Shown in pieces: positions 23,692 through 34,596 of a stretch of DNA of 64,000 nucleotides (position 1 is the stretch's first letter; every line of letters starts with the position of its first letter). Location: contig NW_027191413.1 of assembly GCF_041146345.1 (NCBI RefSeq), forward strand, positions 2,294,001 through 2,358,000. The letters are read 5' to 3'. The notes beneath the pieces are model-generated. The model saw only the letters and a program-made list of their open reading frames with translations. It was not told the DNA's origin and searched no databases. The DNA comes from Neodothiora populina (Eukaryota). Position numbers and translations under genes: made by a program.

Positions 23692-26394
23692 TCATTGAGT
23701 CTCGGCGGCCGTGCCTCTCGCCGCATCGTGTTCTTCGTCTTCGACAGACGCAGAAGAAGGATGGGAAGGGATTGTCTTGCGCTCCCGCAGAGCATCCGTC
23801 ATCCCTGTAGCTGCATTCGCGGCGGTGGAGGTATCAATGTTACCGGTGATGTCGGCACCTGTGGCTACACCCGTCACAGTGGGGATCGGAATGGAAGACT
23901 GTTGTTCTTGTTCGTTGGTGCTGACGTCAACGTCAACAGATGCGGCAGGGACATCTTCGATGCTGGCTTGGGCCACGTCGCTCGCTGCGGCTTCGGCAAC
24001 GATGCGCTCTTGCTCTTGCCGTCTCTGACGCTCTTCTTCCTCTCGTCTGGCCGCTCCTGCTCGTTCGCCGATGCCTGGCCATAAAGAGGCGAGGAACAAA
24101 GCCAAGGCGCGCTCGAGCGGTCGAAGTGTTTGTCTGACCCAGTGAACGTTCTGTTCTTGCAATTGCTGTTGTGCAGCAGCAGCGGGCTGAGCATTTGCCG
24201 GTTGATCTCGGCCTGCTTCCTCCTGGCGGGCTGGAATGCCAATAACACCTTCCCACCACCCCCGAACCCCTACGCGGATCTGTCTTCCCATGCCTTCACC
24301 GTTGAGCAGATAGAAAACAAGACTGACAAACATCATGGCGGCTGGACGGAACCACCCCATGTTCGTAGGAAAGAAAAAGTACGCGAAGATCATGACACGG
24401 AGCAGGAGCCAGAACTGAGCCATTACGGGCTGCCACTGTGCGCGAAGGTCGAGAGCCTGGACGCCCGCAGCATGGTCTTGGTTTAGCAGGTTGACGAGTT
24501 CACGTAGTTCTGGTTCGCCTGGCAATTGTGCATTGGCTTGGTTTGGCTGTGCGGCATTCTGGGGAGGGTCAGGAAGACCAGCCGTGTTAGATTCCCTGGC
24601 GGCCGATGACGGAATGGGCTGGTTAGCGACAGGTGCTGCGAGTCCGTTCTGGGCTTGCAAAAGATGAGGGTGGTGGCGAGCAAAGGGCATCACTACGTTG
24701 CGCATCGGATTCATATTGTACAAGTGGTTTGGCTGCGACTGAGGCTGAAACTGCGCTCCAGTGTAGGTGCCTTGAGGTGCAAAGAGTAGGGCATGTGGGC
24801 CGGCAGGGGAGTTCAGAAGATAGACTGTGGCGGCGGTAGCATCTAATTGCTGGACCGCTGGCGTTTGGTACTGGGACTGTGGTTGCTGTTGCTGCTGAAC
24901 ACCTTGGTATGGCAGAGGAGCGGGACTGGACGAGGCGTTGATACGGTGATTTGCTTCGGCAGTGGGTGTCGGTCTGCGGGAAGCTCTGGTGCGAGTGCGA
25001 GCCACGCTCTCTCTCAGACGGGAGGCTATAGCATCAGTATTGGTGCGAAGTGTCTCGGCGGCGGCACGAGCTTGTTCAGAGATGCCAGCCTCGGCTTGCA
25101 TAAGCTGTGCGAACTGCGACGTGAGCTCTGCCAATTCCCTGACCTCGTTGGCGGTGACACGTGAATCAAAAGCTTCGTCCATTGCGATGTCTCCTTGAGG
25201 AGGTCGAGCCTGGTGAGCTTGGGCGGGACTCTGCGGCGGAAAGAAGTGCGGGGGCAGGTTGTGATGAGGCTGGCCGAGGTGTGGCTGACCATTGTTCGGA
25301 GGGTAGATGGCAAAGGTGCTCTGGTTGACCCTCACCGTGTATGTGGTGTTGCCGTCGGGGCCGGTGAAGGTGCGAGTCGATGCTGATGTAGCCGGGAACC
25401 CGGGGATCTGGTTCTGCTGGATTTGTTCGTGCCCTTGGCCGAGAGCGGGAGTCTGACCTTGGTCTTGCCCCTGCCCTTGACCCTGTCCTTGTCCCTGTCC
25501 TTCTCCCTGTCCTTCTCCCTGTCCTTGTCCATTGGGATTGACGGGGAAATGGTTCGCGAGCAAGGGCGCGACGTTGTTGACGTGTTGAGCAGGAAAGTGC
25601 GGTGGTATGAATCCAGGCACGGGGTGGAAGTGGGGGATATGAAGAGGCATGCCAGGGTTGACGGCGCCTATTCTAGGAAAGCCGGGGCCTCCATGGGGCA
25701 TGGGTGGCATGCGCATCTGTTGCTGCGGCGGTGCATGTTGTTGATGTGGTTGACCTGCTTGTCCTGCTTGTCCTGCTTGTCCTGGTAGACTTGGAGGTGC
25801 TGGTGAAGCTGAATTGGGAGCTTGGGCAGGACGAGTAGAAGGAGGGCGAGGACCGGCCAGAGCGACATGAGGACTCTGGGAACGAGAGCTGCGAGCTGCC
25901 GCCTCCAACGGGTTGGGGCTATGGCCGTGCTGAGTCGAAGGTCGCACAACAAGATGGATGATAAAGTCGGAGTGGTTGCGCACGTGGCTGGCTCCAAAGA
26001 CTGTCGTCATAGTGTCGCCATCATTGGCCAGAAGACGACCCTGATAGATGAGGCGCTGACGTTCAGGTTCGGGATGGAAGTCGATGAGACGGCATATCCT
26101 CTGTTTCAAGGCAGCGACAGTGGTGTCCACGGATACTGAGCTGACCAGGACGCCGCCGCCTGTGGCTTCAAATGCCGGAGACAGGATCCTGAGATTGATT
26201 GTATGCGCCTGCGAGGTTTGTTCATTCTGTCTATGTTGTCCGTCGTCCTCTGGTTTTGATACTGATATTGTTGATGGCGCCGTCGGTTGTGGTGATGACG
26301 ACGAGTCTTCTTGCGGTATAGTCGCTGTGTGTGTATCCGGAGCACCATCTACGACTTGTGCCGGCTCACCATCGTTGCCTTCGTGGCTCGACAT
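23692..26394 (-). CDS. Ubiquitin-like domain membrane protein, Usa1/HERP-like (ERAD scaffold candidate)
   Basis: N-terminal UBL (TTVAALKQRI..PERQRLIYQGRLL..IHLVVR), VYLLNSPAGPHALLF motif, two hydrophobic segments FWLLLRVMIFAYFFF and AAMMFVSLVFYLL, and ERALALFLASLWPGIGE. Confidence 0.75.
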   Translation of the reverse strand: MSSHEGNDGEPAQVVDGAPDTHTATIPQEDSSSSPQPTAPSTISVSKPEDDGQHRQNEQTSQAHTINLRILSPAFEATGGGVLVSSVSVDTTVAALKQRICRLIDFHPEPERQRLIYQGRLLANDGDTMTTVFGASHVRNHSDFIIHLVVRPSTQHGHSPNPLEAAARSSRSQSPHVALAGPRPPSTRPAQAPNSASPAPPSLPGQAGQAGQAGQPHQQHAPPQQQMRMPPMPHGGPGFPRIGAVNPGMPLHIPHFHPVPGFIPPHFPAQHVNNVAPLLANHFPVNPNGQGQGEGQGEGQGQGQGQGQGQDQGQTPALGQGHEQIQQNQIPGFPATSASTRTFTGPDGNTTYTVRVNQSTFAIYPPNNGQPHLGQPHHNLPPHFFPPQSPAQAHQARPPQGDIAMDEAFDSRVTANEVRELAELTSQFAQLMQAEAGISEQARAAAETLRTNTDAIASRLRESVARTRTRASRRPTPTAEANHRINASSSPAPLPYQGVQQQQQPQSQYQTPAVQQLDATAATVYLLNSPAGPHALLFAPQGTYTGAQFQPQSQPNHLYNMNPMRNVVMPFARHHPHLLQAQNGLAAPVANQPIPSSAARESNTAGLPDPPQNAAQPNQANAQLPGEPELRELVNLLNQDHAAGVQALDLRAQWQPVMAQFWLLLRVMIFAYFFFPTNMGWFRPAAMMFVSLVFYLLNGEGMGRQIRVGVRGWWEGVIGIPARQEEAGRDQPANAQPAAAAQQQLQEQNVHWVRQTLRPLERALALFLASLWPGIGERAGAARREEEERQRRQEQERIVAEAAASDVAQASIEDVPAASVDVDVSTNEQEQQSSIPIPTVTGVATGADITGNIDTSTAANAATGMTDALRERKTIPSHPSSASVEDEEHDAARGTAAETQ
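25455..25530 (-). repeat. Coding 6-bp degenerate tandem repeat encoding (GQ/GE)n
   Basis: ccctgt/ccttgt units translate to GQGQGEGQGEGQGQGQGQGQGQDQGQ. Confidence 0.85.
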
Positions 26395-29300
26395 GACTGC
26401 AGTCGCTGTCTTATGGTGACTGTGCAAGAGCAAGAGGGTGTTTATTGGTCAAGCCTCCAACACTTGTGTCACGGGATTATATGCACGCCTGTTGGCTCAA
26501 TGTGTTTTGAGAGAGTGTTCAGCGACAGATGGTTTACTGCAATGGCGCGCTCTCATCGACACTGGACACTTGACATTTGACACTGGCCTGTCTGATTAAT
26601 TGTTGATTACTGATTGATTATTGATGATGATAATGATGCTCTTCTGTCCACTTTACTAGAAGCATCCAAACGCGCGCCCGTCCTCGGTCTTACACTAACG
26701 CCGGGACTCCGTGCGTGATTCGAGCCTCAGTGCCAAGCCCACACCCCACATCGTTGCATCTCTCTGCTTGCACTTCAAATAGACAGGGTCGCTGTGAGTT
26801 CTCTACTTGCATCATTCTGGGGGCCGGCATGACATCTTGTACAGAATATCTCTTGTTCTATGCAAAATGACCTCCAGGTACTGCCTTTCAATCACTCGAC
26901 TTTATGATGACATTGTGTCCCCGACTTCAGTCCCTTAGTAGTTCCAGCTCATCCAGACTGATGCCGAGTGTGCTGCACAAGGTATGCCACCAGCAGAATT
27001 GGTAGTTGCACATGAGCATATACCTCAATAGACATGACGGCTGGCACCTCGTTGTGGGAAGATTGTATATGTTTTCTTGATGGATATACATCTGTTCAAA
27101 TGCAGCTGATGCATTCTCACCCATCTGATGTTCTGGTCTTCATGGCAAGAAGGAAGCTGCTGCTGATGGCCCACTGCAACTACCGCTCCATTCATTGTGT
27201 CCCACCTTGTCTTCTGGTGTCAAGGGATCACTCGTCTGCAGGCTCTCGTTTCGTGCATGAATGCTCCCTCGATCGCGCTCGCACTCCTGCTGGGCATTAA
27301 TGTCACCACCATCGATACACGCGTACTTGTTCTGGACCTTCGTATGTCGTTATCGTCCGGATCCATCATGTCACGCCATTGCCTGCGCATTACTGAATTG
27401 CATCTCCAACTGTCATGACGATCGTGCATCTGTGCATCTGTGCATCGTACGCGATTTCGCCCGATCGCACATTGCACACTGACCTGTCTGTCGCACCTCC
27501 TTGAGACACTACCGAGAAGTCGAACGTCGATATAAGGTTGATCGTGCAAAGACCACAATCCTCGTGGGTATTTCTCATCTCGCCCTTGCCTGCTAACCTC
27601 ATACATCTGGATTCCGAATCCGAAAGCCATGCTCCATTACCGTCTGTCGCCGACGATGCGAGACAATGAGCTGGCAGGTAGGCTAAGGTTGTGGTGGCTA
27701 CAAGCTGTGAAGTCTCTTTCAACACTGCCAGAACCTCGTCGTCCCTTTGCTCTAATATTTCAAGGTTCACCTGTACCCGCCACCATATGAAGAAACGAAT
27801 CGCGCCACGGCGCTCATGAGATACCGCTTCCGAGTTGGCAGCAGATTATACTTTGAAGCTCTGCGCTCGAGTGCACCGCCGTTGAAGCAGGTACTTCCGT
27901 ACCTTCTTCTCGTTATTCATCTACACGACGGCCAGAACAGGAGAACCTACCGCACCGCTGTTCTGCAACCTATGAATTCAGGAAGCAGCTCCGTCGTCGA
28001 CCCGTCCGCATGGCATCCCTACAGTAGTGTTGCAGGAAAAGCCAAATTGCTTGTTCTAACCTCCGACATGTCGCCGGCTTTCATCGGGTGCTCTACTTCA
28101 ACATGAACTCTATTCCCAGTCCGCCCAGACCTTGTCGATGATGCTGGGCAGCTTGCAGAGCACTCTGAATATGTTGATTCGGCTCAGCAGCGATTTTTCC
28201 TCCACAGTCCGAGTAACCTCGCGAAAGCCCAACGCTCATGTTCGGTTGCATAGTCCTTAGTTCGCGGATTATACTTCTAATGACGGATCGCAGGTCTGTC
28301 TTTGTACGTGTGGGTCACACGGTCCGGAGATGCTCGAATTTTGTTCGATTCTATACTTCACTAGCTGCCTCAGTAAGCTCTGATTCTCTTGTATCGCACC
28401 GTACAAGGGGTATACAGTAGCTTTTGGCATCATGTACGAAATGACACGCCACCTGGTCCACATTCTCCACTATCGATGCCCTAATCATCTCTTCAGGCAT
28501 CAAGGCCTACAGTATTCTTTGGCGGTGAGTTACAACTTGCCCTAGTGTTATGGCAGTATAGCGCCAAATGACGATCTAAGCCCTCGGACCTCTCCTCGCG
28601 CGATAACACTGTATCCTTCTTGCTCGGCACGACATACGCAGTCGAACCGAATTGCCCTCGCGAAACCTATTTTGTGTACTGTCAACAAGCATGTCACGAG
28701 TTTTGATCTCCGTCTCCACCTATTTCTCAACCTTAACTCTTCAACAGGGGTTGCTCCACAAAACAATAGGGTGGTTCTACAGCTATACCAGGACGCGGTG
28801 TTATAGGAGGGTTTGGGGAGGGTCTTACAGGTCCACAGTATAGTCTGGGTTTATCGTTTTGACTAATCCCTCGTCGGCACAAAAGGCGAGAAAGCCTGGG
28901 GGAAAAAAAAGGGTGATGATATATCTTGCTCTAGCGTCCTATAGCGTCCATAGTCAACTGTCTAGTTGCAGCACTTGCAATACCACTCACCTTTGACGGC
29001 ATGTTCGTGTCCGTATCCATTCATGCCCTTGACTTGTGCTATCTCAGTAATCAACGGTACATGGTTTCTCGCTTCTATCCGTAGACTTTACGTCAAGGTT
29101 GCCAGTTGAATACGGGGTATGGCTTTCTTCAATATCAAAGATCGAACGGCTGGCGTGACGGGTCCGTTTGGCTGACGGGCTCGCCGAGTGGCTGCTTAGT
29201 CGGCTGATCGGGTCAGCTAGGAGAGGAGGGTCGGCCCTTAGTCTCTCTCTCGATCCCTCAGACACGAGGCACGCACAAGCCAATTAGGGCAAATGCATAC

Positions 29301-31794
29301 ATGTATGCGCAGAGAAGGCTGTGGCTTGGGGCCCGCGAAGTGTGATTAAGGTAGAGGGAGGCTGAACGAGTGTAACGAGAGAGAGAAATTCGTGGACAGG
29401 GTCACTCTGCGTGATGGGACGCCGATCTATATCTATTTATCCATCCCAGCTGGGGAATATAGATATAATGAAAGGAGAGAAGAGTGTCTGCGTGACGGCG
29501 ACCTTGACTTCTAAGGACCAGAATGAGAAGAAGTGCAATGAAAGTGGGAGGATGGACACACACACAAGTGAGTGGCAGAGTGTTAGTATAGGATAATTGA
29601 TATCATCGATCGAGATAGACCAAGGTACAGTAAGCCACAGAGGGAGCGAGAGTCGCGCGTTTATTTGATCAAAAGAGCAGAGTGGAATGTTTTTAGTAAT
29701 TGTTCTAGGACAGATGAAAGGCGCAAGGGTAGCGATACCGTGCATACCCTAACACTAAGCAACATGTCCAGCTCCTAATCAATGAATAGATATACAAATC
29801 AGACGAGGATCTGCTGCCCCCGGTCCTTGAATCATCCACCTCTTGAATGGTCAATGCCAACGAACCATATAACGCCAGAACTCAACACCTTGTACCCCCG
29901 ACCAGAGACTAGGCCCGCAACATCAAATCTCCTTGGAAATCAGAGAGAGGAAAAGATAGAAAAAAAGAATGTACCGGAGAGTAAATTACGATCAAAAACA
30001 ATCTTGGAAGCGAAAAAAGAAAGTAATCGTACTCAAAGACCTCCAGCGAAGCTTTGTTCTAGTCCATTTGTGTGCGAGTGCGTGTAAAAATACATACATA
30101 CGTACACAATCCAGCTCGAAACCAATATATAGTGAAAAAGGTTGGTTGAGCGAGGCAGAGGACCTTTTGCTGATTTTTGGCTGGTGAAGGCCAGAAAAGC
30201 AAAGAGGAGAGGGAGATGTGTGTGTGCGTGTGTGTTTGTTCTTTCTTTCTCGTGGAGGAGCTGTGTTACTCACGTCGACTTACTTTATTTCTCTTTCCCT
30301 TACAGGTCATGTAAGATCAAGAGAGAATGGGCAATGAACCAAATTTCATGACAGAGTCTCAGCATGGGAGATGAGGTGTCCGGAAGTCACCACTCCCGGC
30401 ATGCCATTTCGCGCACGAAGCACGTGCTGTACATACTACAGTAAGACAAGACGACACATCAGTAGCAAAGCATGCACGACGTGAGCAAAGACCTCCCCTA
30501 ATAGACCCTTGAACCTGCTTGTTTAGCAATCTTTCTCATTATAAGCAGCGTGGTGAACCAGGGAGTGCCTCAGGCAAACGTTACACATCAGCGTAGGCTT
30601 CGACGACAGCTGCTTGCTTCATAGTACGACTGTAGCTACGAGCGACATAGCCATCGAGAAGTGCTACAGCAAATACACCCTTCGTCTCCGCTACGAGCAC
30701 GTTCAGGCAGTAGACTTACCGTTGAGTCGACCAATGAAAAGAGGTCAGATGTATCCTAGGCCTTGGTTGTCTCGATGTGATCGAGAAGGATTCCTTTTTT
30801 CTCTTTGATCCTGTGCTGCACGCGTGAGAAAACTCCGCTTCGTCGTTGAAGTTCGACCTCTTGATCCGAAGGGATCCGCTGGCTTGGCCGAAGCTGGAAG
30901 TGAAGAAGCCGTGAAGGAAGGAAAGAAAAAACAAGGACCAAAGATTGGGCAGCATTGGCCGCCGGCGCGGCAGCACGCGATTTTCGTCCGCGGGTGGGCA
31001 GGGTGTAAAGTGGTAGCACGGGTTTGCGGACTCATGGGAAGCGAGCGGGTGAGCGTGTGGGGCCCGCACGCACCTACCTTCCCTTGTCCTGTCCAAGTTC
31101 CCACTCGCTAAATCTCGAGCTTTGCCGATCCGTTCTGTCGGTAAGACCGTGCTGGCGTTAGGTACTGCATATGAAGACAGAATTTTATCGTGGATCAGGA
31201 GACGTGTGCCATTTCTTTACATACTTTGCAAATGATGGCTTGGGAAATGTCTATTCAAGAAATTAGAAACTATATGTTGATCTTTTGTGGTCGTAAAACT
31301 GCTGCTATCATGAATCTGCTACGCTGAATCCGAAATATTCGATCACGCTGATATCCGCCCTGCTGCTGTCTCCTGACTATCCAGCCCTCATCCCGCAACT
31401 CCTTTGCTAAGTCGATTGGCATGGGGTTTGTTACTGATGTTTTCTAATAGTCGAGTAGCTTGATAGCTTACACCGCAATCATCATGTCGTGTACTGGCGC
31501 GTGTCATGCCCGTTCCCGAACCGCTATGCGCCCTTTTCCCCCTTCTCTCTTAATCGTTCACCAATGTCTCCAGTAAACCCATGTAGGGCGGTGCTGAGAG
31601 CTCGCCCACTATTGTTCCCTTCGTACATGTTCATTTCGTGTTATCCTCCAATGATCTCGCCGTTGATCCATGTGAGAAGTATGCAAGTGTCGTGCAGGTC
31701 ATGATTGTATGAGAACCTGATCTTGCCAGAGTCAAACCGACGTTTCAATCATCCGTAGTCGCGGTAAAGTCTATGTCTGTCGGAGCTTTTCTCA

Positions 31795-34596
31795 TCAGTG
31801 CATCAGATCCTTGATGTTCATCCTTGATGAGGTCGTTGTGGCAGCTGGTCGCGTGTCACTAGGCCCTGGACTAGGGCCGTTGCTCGGGGCATGGTGAGGC
31901 ATAGGGGCTCCAAGCGGAGTCTGTGGCCTCTGCTGTGGTGGGTAATATGCTGTGGCTGGTGCTGCCTGCTGCTGCTGTTGTTGATGATGCTGTTGCTGTG
32001 GGTGTTGCTGCTGTTGATGTTGTTGTTGTTGTTGTTGTTGTTGCTGCTGAGGAGGAGGAGGTTGAGCATACTGAGGCGGCATGGGCACTTGATATTGGGG
32101 TTGTTGCGGCTGTTGTGGTGCTACAGCTTGAGATTTCCTATGCTGGTGCTCCTGGTGGAGATGGTTCAACATCTCCAAAACCCGCTGCCAATTGTTCCAC
32201 TCGGGTTCCTGAGGAGCGCTTGGGGTAGATGGGTCACTGGGCTCTAGCAAAGGCTCAGCCTGAACGGTCGAGACAAGAGACATCCGCTGCGAAGGCTCAC
32301 TACCTGTCCATGCCCACGCATATTCGCGAGACCCCTGCATGTCACCACTCACATAGCAAAGCATCTCTTCATCTGCTTCAAGTGCTTCTGGTGATCCTCT
32401 TCCAGTCTGGAATCGTTCAATCAAGCGTTCCAAGAAAAACTCCAGATATCGTCCGCAAGGTCCGTTGAAACTCGAGTTCTTTCCGACGCTGGCCATGGCT
32501 GTAGCGCAAGTTATGGCGGTTTGATAGTCTGCCCAAAACGAAGAGATGAGGGCGCAGCGCCAGAAGTGTGTAATGACAAAGAACGGAGAGCTGTTGGCCA
32601 TTCTTGCGGTCCACTCAGGAGCCGGGCCTGCAGACTGGCTTCTAGGGACGGGAAAAGTCTGCATGGAGCGTTGCAGATATGCCGCCGTATCTTTCGATAC
32701 GGAGAGGCAGCGGTACAGAGCGTTCTGGCGCTCCGCATGGCGACAGGCCGGAGAGGAATTGTGACGGTAGAGGTGGAATCTCGCTATCTGTAACAAGAAC
32801 GTAGCGCTAAACAAAGCAGGATCGAGAGGTGCGCTCGAATGTATTGGGTATGGATCTGGCCAAGAGTTCATTATTGCCCTGAAGTGCTCGTCATAGGCAT
32901 CAAGCGTTGCAGCGGTAATAGTCCTGGACCGGAGGGTCTTCTTCAACCCGCAGATGATGCGTACGACGGGCACAAATGCTATAAGGGCATTCGGCATTGT
33001 GTGGCCGGCAGAAGGTATGAGGCCATTAGGGCCGATGTGAGCGTCGTCGACCGGTATAGGCTCGCTGACCTCCACATCCGCATCATCAATGATAGGCGGT
33101 TGTCCAAGTTCCAGTGACAAAATCCTGCGCAATCATAAGCAAAACGTAGCAAAGCACGAGAGGAGTGAAAGCGCGTACTTGTCCCAATTGTATGTGGACC
33201 ACCAAACCCTCTTCTGCATCTCTGCCTCCAGCTCGAGGTATTGACCTTGTTCTCGGTGGAGCCCCAGGAATTGCGCGAATCGTACGGCGCAACTCAACCA
33301 AAACCAACTCGCAGATTTACGATTCAGATCCATGAAACACACGCTCAAGAGCAAGCAAGTTCGGACGTGGTCGACTGAAGGATCATCGTCCACAGTTTTA
33401 GTGCAGTTTTTCGCTATTACGCAGTACTTCATGATGTCCTGGTCGGCATTACTTGGTGAAGCTCCGTGAGGATCGGTGATCAGGCTGCCGCAAGCCATGA
33501 CTGCAAAGAACAGTGCCTTCCAAATCTGTCGGAGGCCTTGAAACGTACCGCGCTGGTACAGTCTCTCATACTCCTGGTGGAATGTTGGCCAATGAAGCAT
33601 GGGCGCCAGATGATGTAAGACTGTGCGGTACTGGTGAACAAGCCTATCGGCCAAAGCCTTTGGAGGAAGCGGTGTGCTTGAATCGGTGCATAGCAGTTGA
33701 ATCACAGGACGACCATACGGTTGCGGCGGCTGGAAGATACCTTTGCTGAAAGTCCTGAGGTTCGCGCGGACGTCGTCAAAGTTTGACATGACTGGGTTTC
33801 GGTGACTGCGCTCTCTCGTGGGCGCAACTTCGGGCACACCTATACTTGCTGCAGGTGCGGCCTGTGGTACATTAGCAGGGCCGCCTTGCTCCTGGAGCAT
33901 GTTGCGCAGCTGCTTGATCTCCTGGCGTGAGTCGTCCAACTGACGCTCAAGGTCTTGCGCATGCCTGTTCGAGATTAGTATCTATCCTGGTGCAAGCGCC
34001 GTAAGAGTTGATGTACTTCATCGAGGACATGCGCCGATTCGTATCCTTGGTGAATTGACACTTGACACTCCTACTAGAGCATTCGGTACAGCTCGACGTA
34101 TCTGTTGCATCGCACTGGCACTTCCGTCAACGACCTGCGAGAACTCGGGACGAAGTGAACACACCTTTACTTTCCTCTCGCGACAAGCATCACAGCTCGG
34201 ATCCTTGCGGCGCTGTCGGTACGCGCGCTTGTGCGCAGAGAGCATTGCTACAGAGGGGTGACGAGGCGAGAGTTGGGGACCCATCATGGGGTCATGCATC
34301 ATCATAGGCTCTGCCATGTTCATCGGGCCAGGATTGGAGCCCATCGGCATACCATACCCCGGAGGATATGCCGGTGGCGGGAGCGTTCCGGACATGGCCA
34401 TTGTTGGCGGCCCTGGCGGAGCAGACGTTACTTGCATATGACTCGGGCCTGGCATGGCATACGCCATCGGTGATGGGTGGACTGAGCTGTGATGTGAACC
34501 GTTCGGAGAATATCCAGGTCCGCCGCCGTATGGTGAGTGAGTTGGATAGCCCTCGTGCTGTTGCCTAGACGGCGGTTTGACCTCGTCCGTCACCAT
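31795..34596 (-). CDS. Zn(II)2Cys6 transcription factor with fungal-specific TF domain (resembles the COL-26/BglR/ART1 group)
   Basis: KRAYRQRRKDPSCDACRERKVK|CDATDTSSCTECSSRSVKCQF, middle homology region (AVRFAQFLGLHRE..KRVWWSTYNWDK|ILSLELGQP), poly-Q tail. Introns 34115-34164, 33965-34016 and 33125-33178. Orthology is from memory and unverified. Confidence 0.88.
31965..32048 (-). repeat. Coding CAA/CAG trinucleotide repeat (poly-Gln)
   Basis: tgt/tgc triplet runs on the + strand encode QQQQQQQQQQHQQQQHPQQQHHQQQQQQ. Confidence 0.9.

Noticed and set aside
26904..26961. ATGATGA...CTGA as a C/D box snoRNA
   Set aside because: Short, no terminal stem, and no convincing rRNA-complementary guide.
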